A stretch of DNA of 64,000 bases. It comes from an uncultured Nitrospiraceae bacterium (GTDB lineage Bacteria; Nitrospirota; Nitrospiria; Nitrospirales; Nitrospiraceae). Position numbers and translations under genes: made by a program. The notes beneath the pieces were generated by a model. The model was given only the letters and a program-made list of their open reading frames with translations, had not been told where the DNA came from and searched no databases. How positions within the stretch are numbered: the stretch's first letter is position 1; every line of letters begins with the position of its first letter. The DNA lies in NCBI GenBank assembly GCA_963706325.1, contig CAVPLT010000002.1:179748-243747 (forward strand), given 5' to 3'. Below, one piece after another: positions 18,483 through 27,684 of the stretch.

Positions 18483-18607
18483 CAGGATGCTGAAAACGAC
18501 CTCCCCGGTCGTTCTCGGCTGTTCAAAATCCTCAACGTACCCCTGGAGGGTACGCCTCCGGTTTTACCTCACCTGCGGCCTAGTAGGACGCCGTTTTGAG
18601 CATCCTG
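18483..18607. repeat. ~125-bp MITE/REP-like repeat family A
   Basis: Terminal inverted repeats CAGGATGCTGAAAAC / GTTTTGAGCATCCTG; internal CGTACCC..GGGTACG hairpin. Confidence 0.85.
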
Positions 18608-18679
18608 AAGAATACGGATCGGCGTGACGTTTTGATCATCCGACGGTGAATAAAAATCTCATTGGAGAAGGTTTGACGA

Positions 18680-18928
18680 TCAGCTCGTTGATTCACCAGA
18701 CACCAGCAATACAGCGAGCAGGGCGTACGAAGTTTCGACGAGTTGGCTCATTTTTTCAGCTTGCTTGTAGGCCTGCATATATTTCTTAGGATTGTTCGTC
18801 AGATTGGCATACCGCTGGGGATTCCAGGTATGGAGGAGTTGCTCACGTCTCTGCTCCAGCTGCTCGCGGGTATAAGGCCGGGTGAGCGTAAAGAGTTTTA
18901 GAGCTTCGGTGAGGAGTCCCTCAGTCAT
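18680..18928 (-). CDS. Small J-domain-like protein lacking HPD
   Basis: EALKLFTL..TREQLEQRREQLLHTWNPQRY..AEKMSQLVETSYALL follows the J-domain helical pattern. Confidence 0.55.
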   Translation of the reverse strand: MTEGLLTEALKLFTLTRPYTREQLEQRREQLLHTWNPQRYANLTNNPKKYMQAYKQAEKMSQLVETSYALLAVLLVSGESTS

Positions 18929-19454
18929 GTAACGGAGTCTGGCAACTCGAGGAGACCCTGTCAATCTAGCAGGCGTTGCCTTCCGGCAGGAGGCAGTTTT
19001 CCACAATGGCCACTGCGCTCGCGATTGTTCAGCCCGCCAAATTTCAAGGATCGCACCGACAATCGACAGCAGCTCATTAGCAAATGGAGGGGGGGGAATT
19101 CCCTGAGCCTGGGCCGGGACTGTCCGTCACATGCGAACTCAGTTACGAGCTCGACCACTCCTGCCACGAAACCATCGACCTGCCGAAAACCGCAGGCGGA
19201 GACTGGAAGTTCATTCTCGATTCATCAAGCGGAAACGCACCGACCCCACCCAGTTCTGGTGCCTTGGCGCAAATTGGTTCATGAAATGGACTAATCTCCT
19301 CCTTCATTCCAACGCGATGGAATGGGAGGAGGATTACCTCCGCGAGACAGAGAAAGTATTCAATTCGAAATTACGCTGAGCAATACCTCAAGCATCACTT
19401 GCAGGTGTATGAAGCCCTCTTCAGGGTTCCGTGGGCAATGTAGATTAGATTCGG

Positions 19455-19556
19455 CAGGTCGTTCCCGGCTTGCTAAAACGCTCAACGTCCCTCTAGGACA
19501 TGATTCTGGACCTGCTTTGCCTGCGGTCTAGTGAGACGCCGTTTGTAGCATCCTGC
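19455..19556. repeat. Family A repeat, degenerate
   Basis: CTCAACGTCCC...CCTGCGGTCTAGTGAGACGCCGTTTGTAGCATCCTGC. Confidence 0.65.
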
Positions 19557-19733
19557 GGGAGTGGAACGAGAGTCGCTCAACGCGAAAGGTGAGCGCCGAC
19601 CATGCGCAGAGTTCGATTGTGCATCGAACTTCATCATTGAGCTTCTCCTGTGACGAGCCGCTCAGAGGTATCGCCCCTTGCAAAAAAAACCGACTCGGGG
19701 CAACATGCCGCCAGTCACTTTCGTGAGGAGCCT

Positions 19734-20663
19734 ATGGCTGAGCAGCGCAGATTGCAGTTCTACCATGCGGATGTGTTTACCGACGAACCGTTCGGTGGAA
19801 ATCCTGTCGCCGTGTTTCCCGATGCCGAGGGATTGACCGATGTCGAGCTCCAGCAAATCGCCCGCGAAATGAATTTATCTGAAACCGTGTTCGTCTTTCC
19901 GCCGACCGACAAGGCGGCGGTGGTCAAGATGCGTATTTTCACGCCGACGCAAGAAATTCCCTTCGCCGGGCATCCGGTGATCGGGACCTTTTTCGTGCTG
20001 GGGACATTGAAACGACTCTCGCTCAAGGAACCGGTGACTAGAGTGCTTCAGGAGTGCAACCTCGGACTGTTCCCCGTCGACATTCATTCCAGAGACGGCG
20101 TAATCGAGCGTGTGGTGATGTCGCAACCAAGCCCACAATTTTTGGATGTGATCGACGAACAGGAGGCGCTATTCGCCATTGCCCGTTCCTTGGGCATCAC
20201 GAAGGCGCTGATTACGGAGACGCGGTTTCCGGTGCAGGTAGTCTCGACGGGGTTGCCGGTCATCATCGTGCCGGTGCGGACGCTCACGGCAGTTCGGTCG
20301 ATCATTCCGGATGTGTCTAATATCGCGGACCTCTCTCAGCAGTACGGGGCCAATGGCCTTATGGTGTTCAGTACGATGACGGTCGAGCAGTCCTCGACGG
20401 TGCATACGAGAATGTTTGCGCCGTTGATCGGCATCGTGGAGGATCCGGCGACGGGCAGCGCTAGTGGCGCCTTAGGCGCCTATTTGGTACAGCACGGTGT
20501 CGTGGATATCGGTCCCATCACGACCATTACGGCTGAGCAAGGCTATGAGATCGACCGGCCCTCGCGTATTCTCATTCAGGTCGATTCGGACGAGGAAATT
20601 ATTCAATCCGTGACGGTCGGTGGACAAGCGATAATGGTGGTGGAGGGGACGCTCACCTTCTAG
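19734..20663 (+). CDS. PhzF family isomerase/epimerase
   Basis: DVFTDEPFGGNPVAV, EMNLSETVF, EIPFAGHP, EDPATGSA. Confidence 0.93.
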   Translation: MAEQRRLQFYHADVFTDEPFGGNPVAVFPDAEGLTDVELQQIAREMNLSETVFVFPPTDKAAVVKMRIFTPTQEIPFAGHPVIGTFFVLGTLKRLSLKEPVTRVLQECNLGLFPVDIHSRDGVIERVVMSQPSPQFLDVIDEQEALFAIARSLGITKALITETRFPVQVVSTGLPVIIVPVRTLTAVRSIIPDVSNIADLSQQYGANGLMVFSTMTVEQSSTVHTRMFAPLIGIVEDPATGSASGALGAYLVQHGVVDIGPITTITAEQGYEIDRPSRILIQVDSDEEIIQSVTVGGQAIMVVEGTLTF

Positions 20664-20788
20664 CAGGATGATCAAAACCCCATCTCACTGCGTTCGCGGT
20701 CGCACGTCTCCCTGCGACGTACCGCAAGGATACGCCTCGGTTGCCGCACTTCCTGCGGCCTTGTTACATGAGGCTTTGATCATCCTGC
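20663..20788. repeat. Family A repeat
   Basis: GCAGGATGATCAAA / TTTGATCATCCTGC terminal inverted repeats. Confidence 0.85.
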
Positions 20789-20872
20789 GGGGGAATCTTC
20801 AGCCGGCAATACTCCCGGAAGTGCCTGGTAGTGCGGATGTAATCTGGCCACAAATCAGGGATGAGGAATGAC

Positions 20873-21904
20873 ATGAACGCAGTGGTCTTTCATGAACATG
20901 GCGGGCCAGGCAAGTTGCAGTATCAAGAAATGCCGGCTCCGACGATCGGCCCCAATGAGGTGCTCGTTCGGGTGAAGGCTTGCGCATTGAATCACCTCGA
21001 CATCTGGATCCGACAAGGCAGTCCGGCCTACCCGATGCCGCTTCCGCACATCTCTGGTTCGGATGTCGCCGGCACGGTACAACAAATCGGGTCGCAAGTA
21101 GAGGGGGTCGCCGAAGGGGAGCGCGTGTATGTGTCTCCTGGGGTCGGTTGCGGACACTGCGAGCAATGTCTGGCTGGTCGCGACAATATGTGCCGCTCGT
21201 ACGGCCTGATCGGCGCGATGTGTCATGGCGGCTATGCGGAGTATGTCAAAGTTCCGGCGCGGAATGTGTTTCCCATTCCAGGCACGTTGACCTTCGAACA
21301 GGCGGCGGCGTTTCCGCTGGTCTCCGTCACCGCATGGCACATGTTATTTACACTCGCTGATCTGCACCTGGGCGAAGAGGTGTTGATCATGGGAGCGGGG
21401 AGCGGGGTGGGGCACATGGCGATCCAAATGGCCAAGCTGGCCGGCGCCAGGGTCATCACTACGGTCGGCAGCGACGACAAAATCGACAAGGCTAAAGCTC
21501 TGGGTGCCGACGAGGTGATCAACCACAACCGCGAGAAGGTCAATCAGCGGGTGCGCGAACTCACGCAGCGCCGCGGCGTGGATGTAGTCATCGAGCATAT
21601 CGGTCCAGAGGTGTGGGGCCAGTGTATCGATTCGCTGGCCAAAGGGGGGCGGTTGATTACCTGCGGGGCCACCACCGGCGCGGAGGTGAAGCTCGATCTT
21701 CGGTATGTCTATTCGCGCCAGCTCACGATCAAGGGGTCGTACATGGGGTCGCAGAGCGAATTGCTCAAGGCCGCTGAATTGGTCGGACAGGGGCGGTTAC
21801 GACCTGTGATCGATCGGACCTTTCCTCTGTCTGACGCCAAAGGCGCGCAAGAATATCTTCTGAATCGAAAGTTTTTTGGTAAGATCGTGCTGGCGATTCC
21901 GTAA
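20873..21904 (+). CDS. Zinc-binding alcohol dehydrogenase / quinone oxidoreductase (MDR family)
   Basis: CGHCEQCLAGRDNMC structural Zn site; GAGSGVG; ALNHLD. Confidence 0.9.
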   Translation: MNAVVFHEHGGPGKLQYQEMPAPTIGPNEVLVRVKACALNHLDIWIRQGSPAYPMPLPHISGSDVAGTVQQIGSQVEGVAEGERVYVSPGVGCGHCEQCLAGRDNMCRSYGLIGAMCHGGYAEYVKVPARNVFPIPGTLTFEQAAAFPLVSVTAWHMLFTLADLHLGEEVLIMGAGSGVGHMAIQMAKLAGARVITTVGSDDKIDKAKALGADEVINHNREKVNQRVRELTQRRGVDVVIEHIGPEVWGQCIDSLAKGGRLITCGATTGAEVKLDLRYVYSRQLTIKGSYMGSQSELLKAAELVGQGRLRPVIDRTFPLSDAKGAQEYLLNRKFFGKIVLAIP

Positions 21905-21955
21905 GCTACCTTCATTATCGACTATCTCGTCCCATTGGGCAGAAAGGTATGTGAC

Positions 21956-22390
21956 ATGGCGACTGTGGCGCAGATCATGAACAAACATCCGGAAAGTATC
22001 GGTCCGACAACCTCCATTCGCGGCGCAGCAAAAAAAATGCGTGAGTTGCGAGTGGGCTCTCTCCTGATCAAGAGGGGGAAAAACCATGTCGGCATCGTGA
22101 CTGAGACCGATTTGGTGCGCAAGGCCCTGGCCGGTAGCCAGGATGTGTCGAAGCTGACCGTTGAAAAGGTCATGACGTCACCCGTCTGCACGATCGAAAG
22201 CAGCAGGGCCGTCGATGAGGCGCAAGATATGATGGGCGATCTCGGCGTGCGCCATCTTGGCGTGACCAAAGGTGGCTCGATCGTGGGCGTCGTGTCGGTC
22301 CGCGATCTCTTGATGTTCTACAAGCGGTATGCGCAATCGAAACTTGCGGACAAGCAGATGTATTCTGAACCGAAAATCGCGCAAGACTAG
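21956..22390 (+). CDS. CBS domain protein
   Basis: Two CBS motifs (VGIVTETDL, VGVVSVRDL). Confidence 0.9.
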   Translation: MATVAQIMNKHPESIGPTTSIRGAAKKMRELRVGSLLIKRGKNHVGIVTETDLVRKALAGSQDVSKLTVEKVMTSPVCTIESSRAVDEAQDMMGDLGVRHLGVTKGGSIVGVVSVRDLLMFYKRYAQSKLADKQMYSEPKIAQD

Positions 22391-22771
22391 CAGGACGTTG
22401 AAAACGGCCTCCAGCGGCGTTCTCGGTCGTACGTCTCCTTGCGACGTACCGCAAGGGTACGCCTCAGTCGCCCCACTCCCTGCGGCCTTGCTGGAAGGCC
22501 GTTTTGAACATCCTGCACCAGGCGGATGCTGAAAACAGCCCCTAACTTCGTTCTCGGTCGCACGTCTCCCTGCAACGTACCGCATGCGGTACGCCTCAGT
22601 CGCCGTGCTCGCTGCGGCCTCGTTGGACGGCCGTTTTGTGCATCCCTGACGAGGCGAGGTTGGCGACCTCCAACTTTCCGGCTCATCAAATCCTTGACGT
22701 GCCCCTGAGGTTACGACTCAGTTGCCGAATTCCCTGCGGCCTCGTTGATACGACTGTTTTGAAAATCCTGC
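22390..22771. repeat. Three tandem family A repeats
   Basis: Copies at ~22390-22516, ~22524-22645 and a degenerate one ending ~22771, between convergent genes. Confidence 0.85.
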
Positions 22772-22868
22772 GTGAATAGAGGATTGGTTTGCGTTCTGCC
22801 ACCTCGGCGGCACCTTCCCTGCGGCAGTATTTTACGGACGGTTCCGGAGTGATGCCTTGCAGGCAAGT

Positions 22869-23381
22869 CTACTTGGTAAGTTCTTTGACGAGGTGGCCAA
22901 GTTCGGGAAGGATGAGTTTTTCCATGGCCAGGCGTACGGCGTTTTCTGAGCCTGGAGTTGAGAAGAGTATACAGCCGTGAACGATACCAGCGGTGGCGCG
23001 GGTCATGATGGCCGGCGAGCCGATATCCTGGTAGGTGAGCGCCCGAAAGATCTCACCAAACCCGTCCAACCGTTTTTCCAGCATCGCATCGACGGCTTCG
23101 AATGTCGAATCCCGCCGAGAGATACCTGTTCCGCCGTTGACGATGATGGCCTGAACGCCTTCGGTTCGTAACGCTTCACCGATACAGTTTTTGATCAACA
23201 GCGGCTCATCTTTCACCAAGTGATAGGTCACCACTCGATGCCCCTGTTCCTTCAGCAGCCGCATGATCAATTGGCCGCTGGTGTCGGTCTCGGATGTCCG
23301 GGTGTCGCTGCAGGTCACGACCATGCACCCGACGCTTCTGGGTGCATGGGCTTTGTGTTCGTGCGGAGTGGAATGTCCCAC
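22869..23381 (-). CDS. moaB: Molybdenum cofactor biosynthesis protein MoaB/MogA
   Basis: SDTRTSETDTSG, NGGTGISRRD, GFGEIFR, TPGS. Confidence 0.9.
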   Translation of the reverse strand: MGHSTPHEHKAHAPRSVGCMVVTCSDTRTSETDTSGQLIMRLLKEQGHRVVTYHLVKDEPLLIKNCIGEALRTEGVQAIIVNGGTGISRRDSTFEAVDAMLEKRLDGFGEIFRALTYQDIGSPAIMTRATAGIVHGCILFSTPGSENAVRLAMEKLILPELGHLVKELTK

Positions 23382-23406
23382 TGTAGTTGGTGCGCCTTGA
23401 GATCGA

Positions 23407-23733
23407 TCAGCCCCAGACGGAATCTGGCTTCAGCTTCTCTGCGGGCTTGCCGCCTTTGATGTGTTCATCCAGGATGGTGGCGACATCGGCTTCAGTGACT
23501 TTTGAATACCAGGTGCCCTCCGGATAGACGACGACCGTGGGTCCCTGTTCGCATGGCCCGAGACACGAGGATCCGGTCACCAGGACTTCTCCCGGCATGA
23601 TCCCGCGTTGCATCAATCCCATGTTAAAGGTCATGAGCAGTTGAGCCGACCCCTGGCCGCCGCAGGAGGGCTTGGGATGGCCGGGCGGACGGGCATTGGT
23701 GCAGACGAGGATATGATATTTCGGTTTTGGCAT
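23407..23733 (-). CDS. Thioredoxin-like [2Fe-2S] ferredoxin
   Basis: HILVCTNARPPGHPKPSC...CLGPCEQGPTVVVYPEGTWY. Confidence 0.9.
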   Translation of the reverse strand: MPKPKYHILVCTNARPPGHPKPSCGGQGSAQLLMTFNMGLMQRGIMPGEVLVTGSSCLGPCEQGPTVVVYPEGTWYSKVTEADVATILDEHIKGGKPAEKLKPDSVWG

Positions 23734-23781
23734 AGCGACCTCTAGTTAGGCGGTTGGGACGATTGACGACGTGCAGCGCGG

Positions 23782-24225
23782 TCAGGATGGTTTATAGGCT
23801 TGCCATTGCTCGATGCATTCTTCCGGCAATTTCCACTGCTTGAGTCCCTTCAGGACCCAATCGATGTAGTGTTCCTTCGGCTTGAATTTGCCGATGGGAT
23901 TTGCCGCGTGGGTGGTGACCAGCTGCTTTTCGTCCTCTCCGCTGACCACGCTGACCGGCAGATGCCGGTAGGCTCCTTGCGGGACATCGTCTTCGAAATC
24001 ATCCAGGATCTTCAGGTCTTCGTCGGTGATCTCGAACACGGATCCCCAGACTTTTTCCCCCGGAGAGGGTACGACACTCGCCAGACCGCATCGCCACTGC
24101 GTGGACCAGCGGCAAAATTGAATACTGTGGTCCGGAAGATAGGCATTAAAGAGAAATTTGTGCTCGGGGGCGCGGCGTTTGAGTTGAGACGGATTTAAGT
24201 TGTCCGCATAGAAGAAGAACTTCAT
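23782..24225 (-). CDS. Gamma-glutamylcyclotransferase family protein
   Basis: FFYADNL (YGSNL-like), VWG.VFEI..LDDFE, YI..VLKG. Confidence 0.75.
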   Translation of the reverse strand: MKFFFYADNLNPSQLKRRAPEHKFLFNAYLPDHSIQFCRWSTQWRCGLASVVPSPGEKVWGSVFEITDEDLKILDDFEDDVPQGAYRHLPVSVVSGEDEKQLVTTHAANPIGKFKPKEHYIDWVLKGLKQWKLPEECIEQWQAYKPS

Positions 24226-24426
24226 TGAACAATGATGCTCCCATTAGGTGTCGTACGTTGACCGATACTTGTACCATAGCGTTGCGCGGCCTTGTCAAGC
24301 CGAACGACTCTCACATCGCGGTTTATAACCACGCTGCCCGGTTGCTCGGTGATTGACAGTGAAATCGGGTGCCACATATGATGATTGCTCATTCATAAAG
24401 TTTTTGCAGCCTATGGTCTTACACGT

Positions 24427-24882
24427 ATGAGTAAAGCGATTCATTATGCGGTGGTTCTGCTGCTCGTTGTCGGAGGGGTCATCTACTGGTGGATGAAACC
24501 CCCGACCCTTAACCCCATGACCGACCCTCAAGCGGCTCAGGCTCTGGCTTTGGTGCAGACACATCGAGCGGTCGGCTATCCGACTATTCTGCAGGCGTTT
24601 AATGAACGGGCCCGCATTCAGGAGGCTCGGAAGCTGGGACTGCGTTTGGGGGAGTGGCAAGTACTCAAGCAAGAGGGCCAGCGCTATGAGGTTCGCATCT
24701 ACATGCGCGAGCAGGGGACGAACCAGTGGTTCGAACGGGATTTCATCTGGCACGTGGACCTCGCCACGAAGCGCGTGAATGCTGCTTCGTTACCTGCCGA
24801 TGGTCTGATGCCGGAACGGCCGGAAGACGGACGTCCGCGCGGTCCCAACGCCGATGCCCCGCTGTTACCGCCTACAATGTGA
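24427..24882 (+). CDS. Hypothetical membrane-anchored protein
   Basis: N-terminal TM helix (AVVLLLVVGGVIYWW). Confidence 0.7.
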   Translation: MSKAIHYAVVLLLVVGGVIYWWMKPPTLNPMTDPQAAQALALVQTHRAVGYPTILQAFNERARIQEARKLGLRLGEWQVLKQEGQRYEVRIYMREQGTNQWFERDFIWHVDLATKRVNAASLPADGLMPERPEDGRPRGPNADAPLLPPTM

Positions 24883-25198
24883 ACGGCGTTTTTACTTGCA
24901 CGTTCGCGCCATGTACGCGCACTTCGACGCAGGCCACTCGGATCTCAGGATTCTCGGGACGCTCGCCGGTGCGCACATTGAAGCGCCATCCATGCCATGG
25001 GCACTCAAGCACGTCTCCATCCAGCTCGCCCTCACCCAGCGGCCCGCCCGCATGCGGGCAGGTGTTGTCGACGGCGAGGAATAGTCCATTCACATTGCAG
25101 AGAGCGAGATAAATGCCGTCAACTTCCACGGTTCGACAGGTTCCAGCCGGGATTTCATCCACTTGAGCTACGGTGACGTACAGGGGGAGCGAATTCAT
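24872..25198 (-). CDS. Rieske [2Fe-2S] ferredoxin (NirD/dioxygenase ferredoxin-like)
   Basis: CPHAGGPL and CPWHGWRF motifs. Confidence 0.92.
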   Translation of the reverse strand: MNSLPLYVTVAQVDEIPAGTCRTVEVDGIYLALCNVNGLFLAVDNTCPHAGGPLGEGELDGDVLECPWHGWRFNVRTGERPENPEIRVACVEVRVHGANVQVKTPFTL

Positions 25199-25392
25199 GC
25201 GGTCCCTTTTCAGATGACAGGAGGATGAAGGCAAGTAGACAGAGTGACAGTCTGAACGCTATGTCCTAAGCGCTTGATTTCATTACTGACATATGGCATA
25301 GATTGAGCACAGGCATTCAGGAAAGGGTCAAACGCCGGCGTCATTTTGCTATTCTTAAATAGTGCACTCATAGGAGACCCCTAGGAGCTACT

Positions 25393-25938
25393 ATGGAAAT
25401 GACCTTGTTGCTCAACTCCACCTATGAACCTCTGCGTGTCCTGCATTGGCAGAAGGCTATTACCTTGCTGTGGCAGGGGAAAGTAGAAGTCCTCGAAGTC
25501 TACGACCGCCAAATCCACGGCATTTCCATTTCGATCAAACTTCCGGCGGTGATGCGGCTTCTCAAGCTCGTCAAGCTGAAGGACAGTCACCGCGCCGTCA
25601 AATTTTCCCGCATCAATATTTTTACGCGGGACAGTTATTGCTGCCAGTATTGCAAACACAAGTTCCGGACCGAAGAGTTGACGTTCGACCATGTCGTCCC
25701 CATCGCGAAGGGCGGGCGGAAGACCTGGGAAAATATCGTGACGGCCTGCTGGCGGTGCAACAATCGGAAAAGCGGCCGGACACCGGAAGAAGCGAATATG
25801 CGTCTTATCAAGAAACCCGTGAAGCCCCGCTGGAGTCCCACGGTGACGATCACCATAGGAATTCGCAATACGCCGGAAAGCTGGCGAGACTATCTGTATT
25901 GGAACCTCGAATTGGACGCGGACCAGGCCGAAACCTAG
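25393..25938 (+). CDS. HNH endonuclease (McrA-like)
   Basis: RDSYCCQYC, LTFDHVVP, WENIVTACWRCNNRK. Confidence 0.92.
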   Translation: MEMTLLLNSTYEPLRVLHWQKAITLLWQGKVEVLEVYDRQIHGISISIKLPAVMRLLKLVKLKDSHRAVKFSRINIFTRDSYCCQYCKHKFRTEELTFDHVVPIAKGGRKTWENIVTACWRCNNRKSGRTPEEANMRLIKKPVKPRWSPTVTITIGIRNTPESWRDYLYWNLELDADQAET

Positions 25939-26064
25939 TTGGTGTTTAATCGCGTCCTAGGCGTCGTTTTCGCGGCGCTCAAGTCCTCGACATACGAGAT
26001 CAGCATGTCTCAGACTTTCGCTTACCGCGGCCTTGCCGAATCATCCATTGAACAACTGCAGCAC

Positions 26065-26517
26065 CTAATATACTTTGTCGATGGTGATGTTCACGTCCTT
26101 CCCGCCCGGTAACGTCGGATTTTTCGGGTAGCGCCCCTCCATATCGCCCGGTTGCGGCTGGCCGGCTTGGCCATCGCGATCCAGGCGGGCAACCACGTCT
26201 ACCATGCCTTTCAGCTCGCTGCCCTGCACCATGACGTCGGCGTTGGTGATTTCAAACTGCACCGGAAATTTCGGTCCGTCGATCCGTTTGGCCGCGATGG
26301 GGCGTGGTGGGCCTGCCGGACGCCGCACGATCACGAACAGCACGTCCGTCGGTTTGACCTGGTCGGCCAAGTTGGGCGCAATCTGTACCTGTCCCGCGAT
26401 CGATCCGCTGCCCTGGTTCGGTTCTCCGACGTGCGCGATGCCGAAATAGGCCGCCAGTGCCGCAATGCCGATGATGCCCCCTGCCATCGCGAGGGCTCGT
26501 CCTGTATATCCAGCCAC
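26065..26517 (-). CDS. CcmI/CycH C-terminal-like periplasmic protein
   Basis: VLFVIVR...PRPIAAKRI..FPVQFEIT...VVARLDRDG..QPGD. Confidence 0.65.
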   Translation of the reverse strand: MAGYTGRALAMAGGIIGIAALAAYFGIAHVGEPNQGSGSIAGQVQIAPNLADQVKPTDVLFVIVRRPAGPPRPIAAKRIDGPKFPVQFEITNADVMVQGSELKGMVDVVARLDRDGQAGQPQPGDMEGRYPKNPTLPGGKDVNITIDKVY

Positions 26518-26690
26518 ATATGCTCCTTGGTTGTACTCACCGCGAGAGCGGGTGCGCTCCCGTCATTTAGAGGCCGCATTATACCCAGCTCCTGGCGGAA
26601 AGGGGAATGCCGAAGCAGGTTTACCCTGTGAAATCGCCTGTTGTATGATACGCCCTTACGTTGTTGACGCCTTGTTGGAGGATTATCACG

Positions 26691-27350
26691 ATGGCTGCAA
26701 ATTCGGGCTTTCAAATTTCACTCGATGTGCGTGGTTGGCCGGTTCTGGTCATCGGTGGCGATGAGGAGGCTGCTGAAAAGGTTCAACGGTTATTGGACGC
26801 CGGCGCCAAGGTGACTGTGATCAGTCCCACGATGAACGAACCGCTTCGCAAGTTGGCGGCCTCGGCCAAGATCATTCACCGTGGCCGGCATTTTCGCGCG
26901 AATGATCTGGAGAGCACCATTCTTGTGTTGAACACGATGCGGGATGACCGAGAACTTTCGCATGCGTTGATGCGGCTGGCTCGTGAGCAGAAATTTCTGG
27001 TTTGGTCCGTGGATCAGCCCGACGTCTCGAACGTGGTGATGCCTGCCGTCGTCAGGAGCGGTCATCTTCGCCTGGCAGTCAGCACGAGCGGTCAGGCGCC
27101 CGCGTTATCCGGGTTCATGAAGGAAGATTTGGAACGTATTTTGGACAATGAGTTTGCCGCCTTTGTCGATTGGCTCGGGGAGCTTCGTGAGCAGGCCAGG
27201 GCCAACGAACCGGATGCGGAAAAACGCCGCGCGCTCCTGCGGGAAGCGCTCGACGGTTTTCGTCTTTTGGGGAAAGTGCAATATCCCAAGGTGTGGCTCG
27301 ACCACCGCGCCAGCCAGCAGGCCTCCGTATCACCCGCAACCACCACCTAG
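26691..27350 (+). CDS. Precorrin-2 dehydrogenase/sirohydrochlorin ferrochelatase (SirC/CysG N-terminal type)
   Basis: VLVIGGDEEAAEKVQRLL..AKVTVISP; PAVVRSG.LRLAVSTSGQAP. Confidence 0.85.
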   Translation: MAANSGFQISLDVRGWPVLVIGGDEEAAEKVQRLLDAGAKVTVISPTMNEPLRKLAASAKIIHRGRHFRANDLESTILVLNTMRDDRELSHALMRLAREQKFLVWSVDQPDVSNVVMPAVVRSGHLRLAVSTSGQAPALSGFMKEDLERILDNEFAAFVDWLGELREQARANEPDAEKRRALLREALDGFRLLGKVQYPKVWLDHRASQQASVSPATTT

Positions 27351-27366
27351 AGAGGACGCCGACAGC

Positions 27367-27675
27367 ATGGTGTTATTAGAATTCAGTATGTCGCCGCTGG
27401 GCAAGGGCGAGAGTGTGAGCAAATATGTCTCGCGTTCTTTGGACATCGTCGATCGCAGTGGTGTGCCCTACCGGTTGAATCCGATGGGCACGGTGCTTGA
27501 AGGGGAGTGGGACGAGGTCATGGCGGTGGTCAAGAAATGTTACATGCGCATGCGCAAGGACTGTAACCGCGTCTCCTGCAGTATCAAAATCGATTATCGC
27601 AAAGGACCGAAAGGGCGCTTGGCGAGCAAAGTCACCAGCGTGGAATCGCAGTTGAAGCGGAAGTTGAAGGTGTGA
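27367..27675 (+). CDS. MTH1187-family thiamine-binding protein
   Basis: EFSMSPLGKGESVSKYV...PMGTVLEGEWDEV...KIDYR. Confidence 0.88.
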   Translation: MVLLEFSMSPLGKGESVSKYVSRSLDIVDRSGVPYRLNPMGTVLEGEWDEVMAVVKKCYMRMRKDCNRVSCSIKIDYRKGPKGRLASKVTSVESQLKRKLKV

Positions 27676-27684
27676 GTCCGAAGT

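Noticed and set aside
19025..19531. Overlapping short ORFs around a poly-G run (possible phase-variable or decayed gene)
   Set aside because: No recognisable protein emerges when frames are joined.
25393..26060. HNH gene plus downstream structure as an RNA-guided (IscB/HEARO-like) system
   Set aside because: The 181-aa protein has no RuvC or PLMP features, and the downstream sequence is a degenerate family A repeat.
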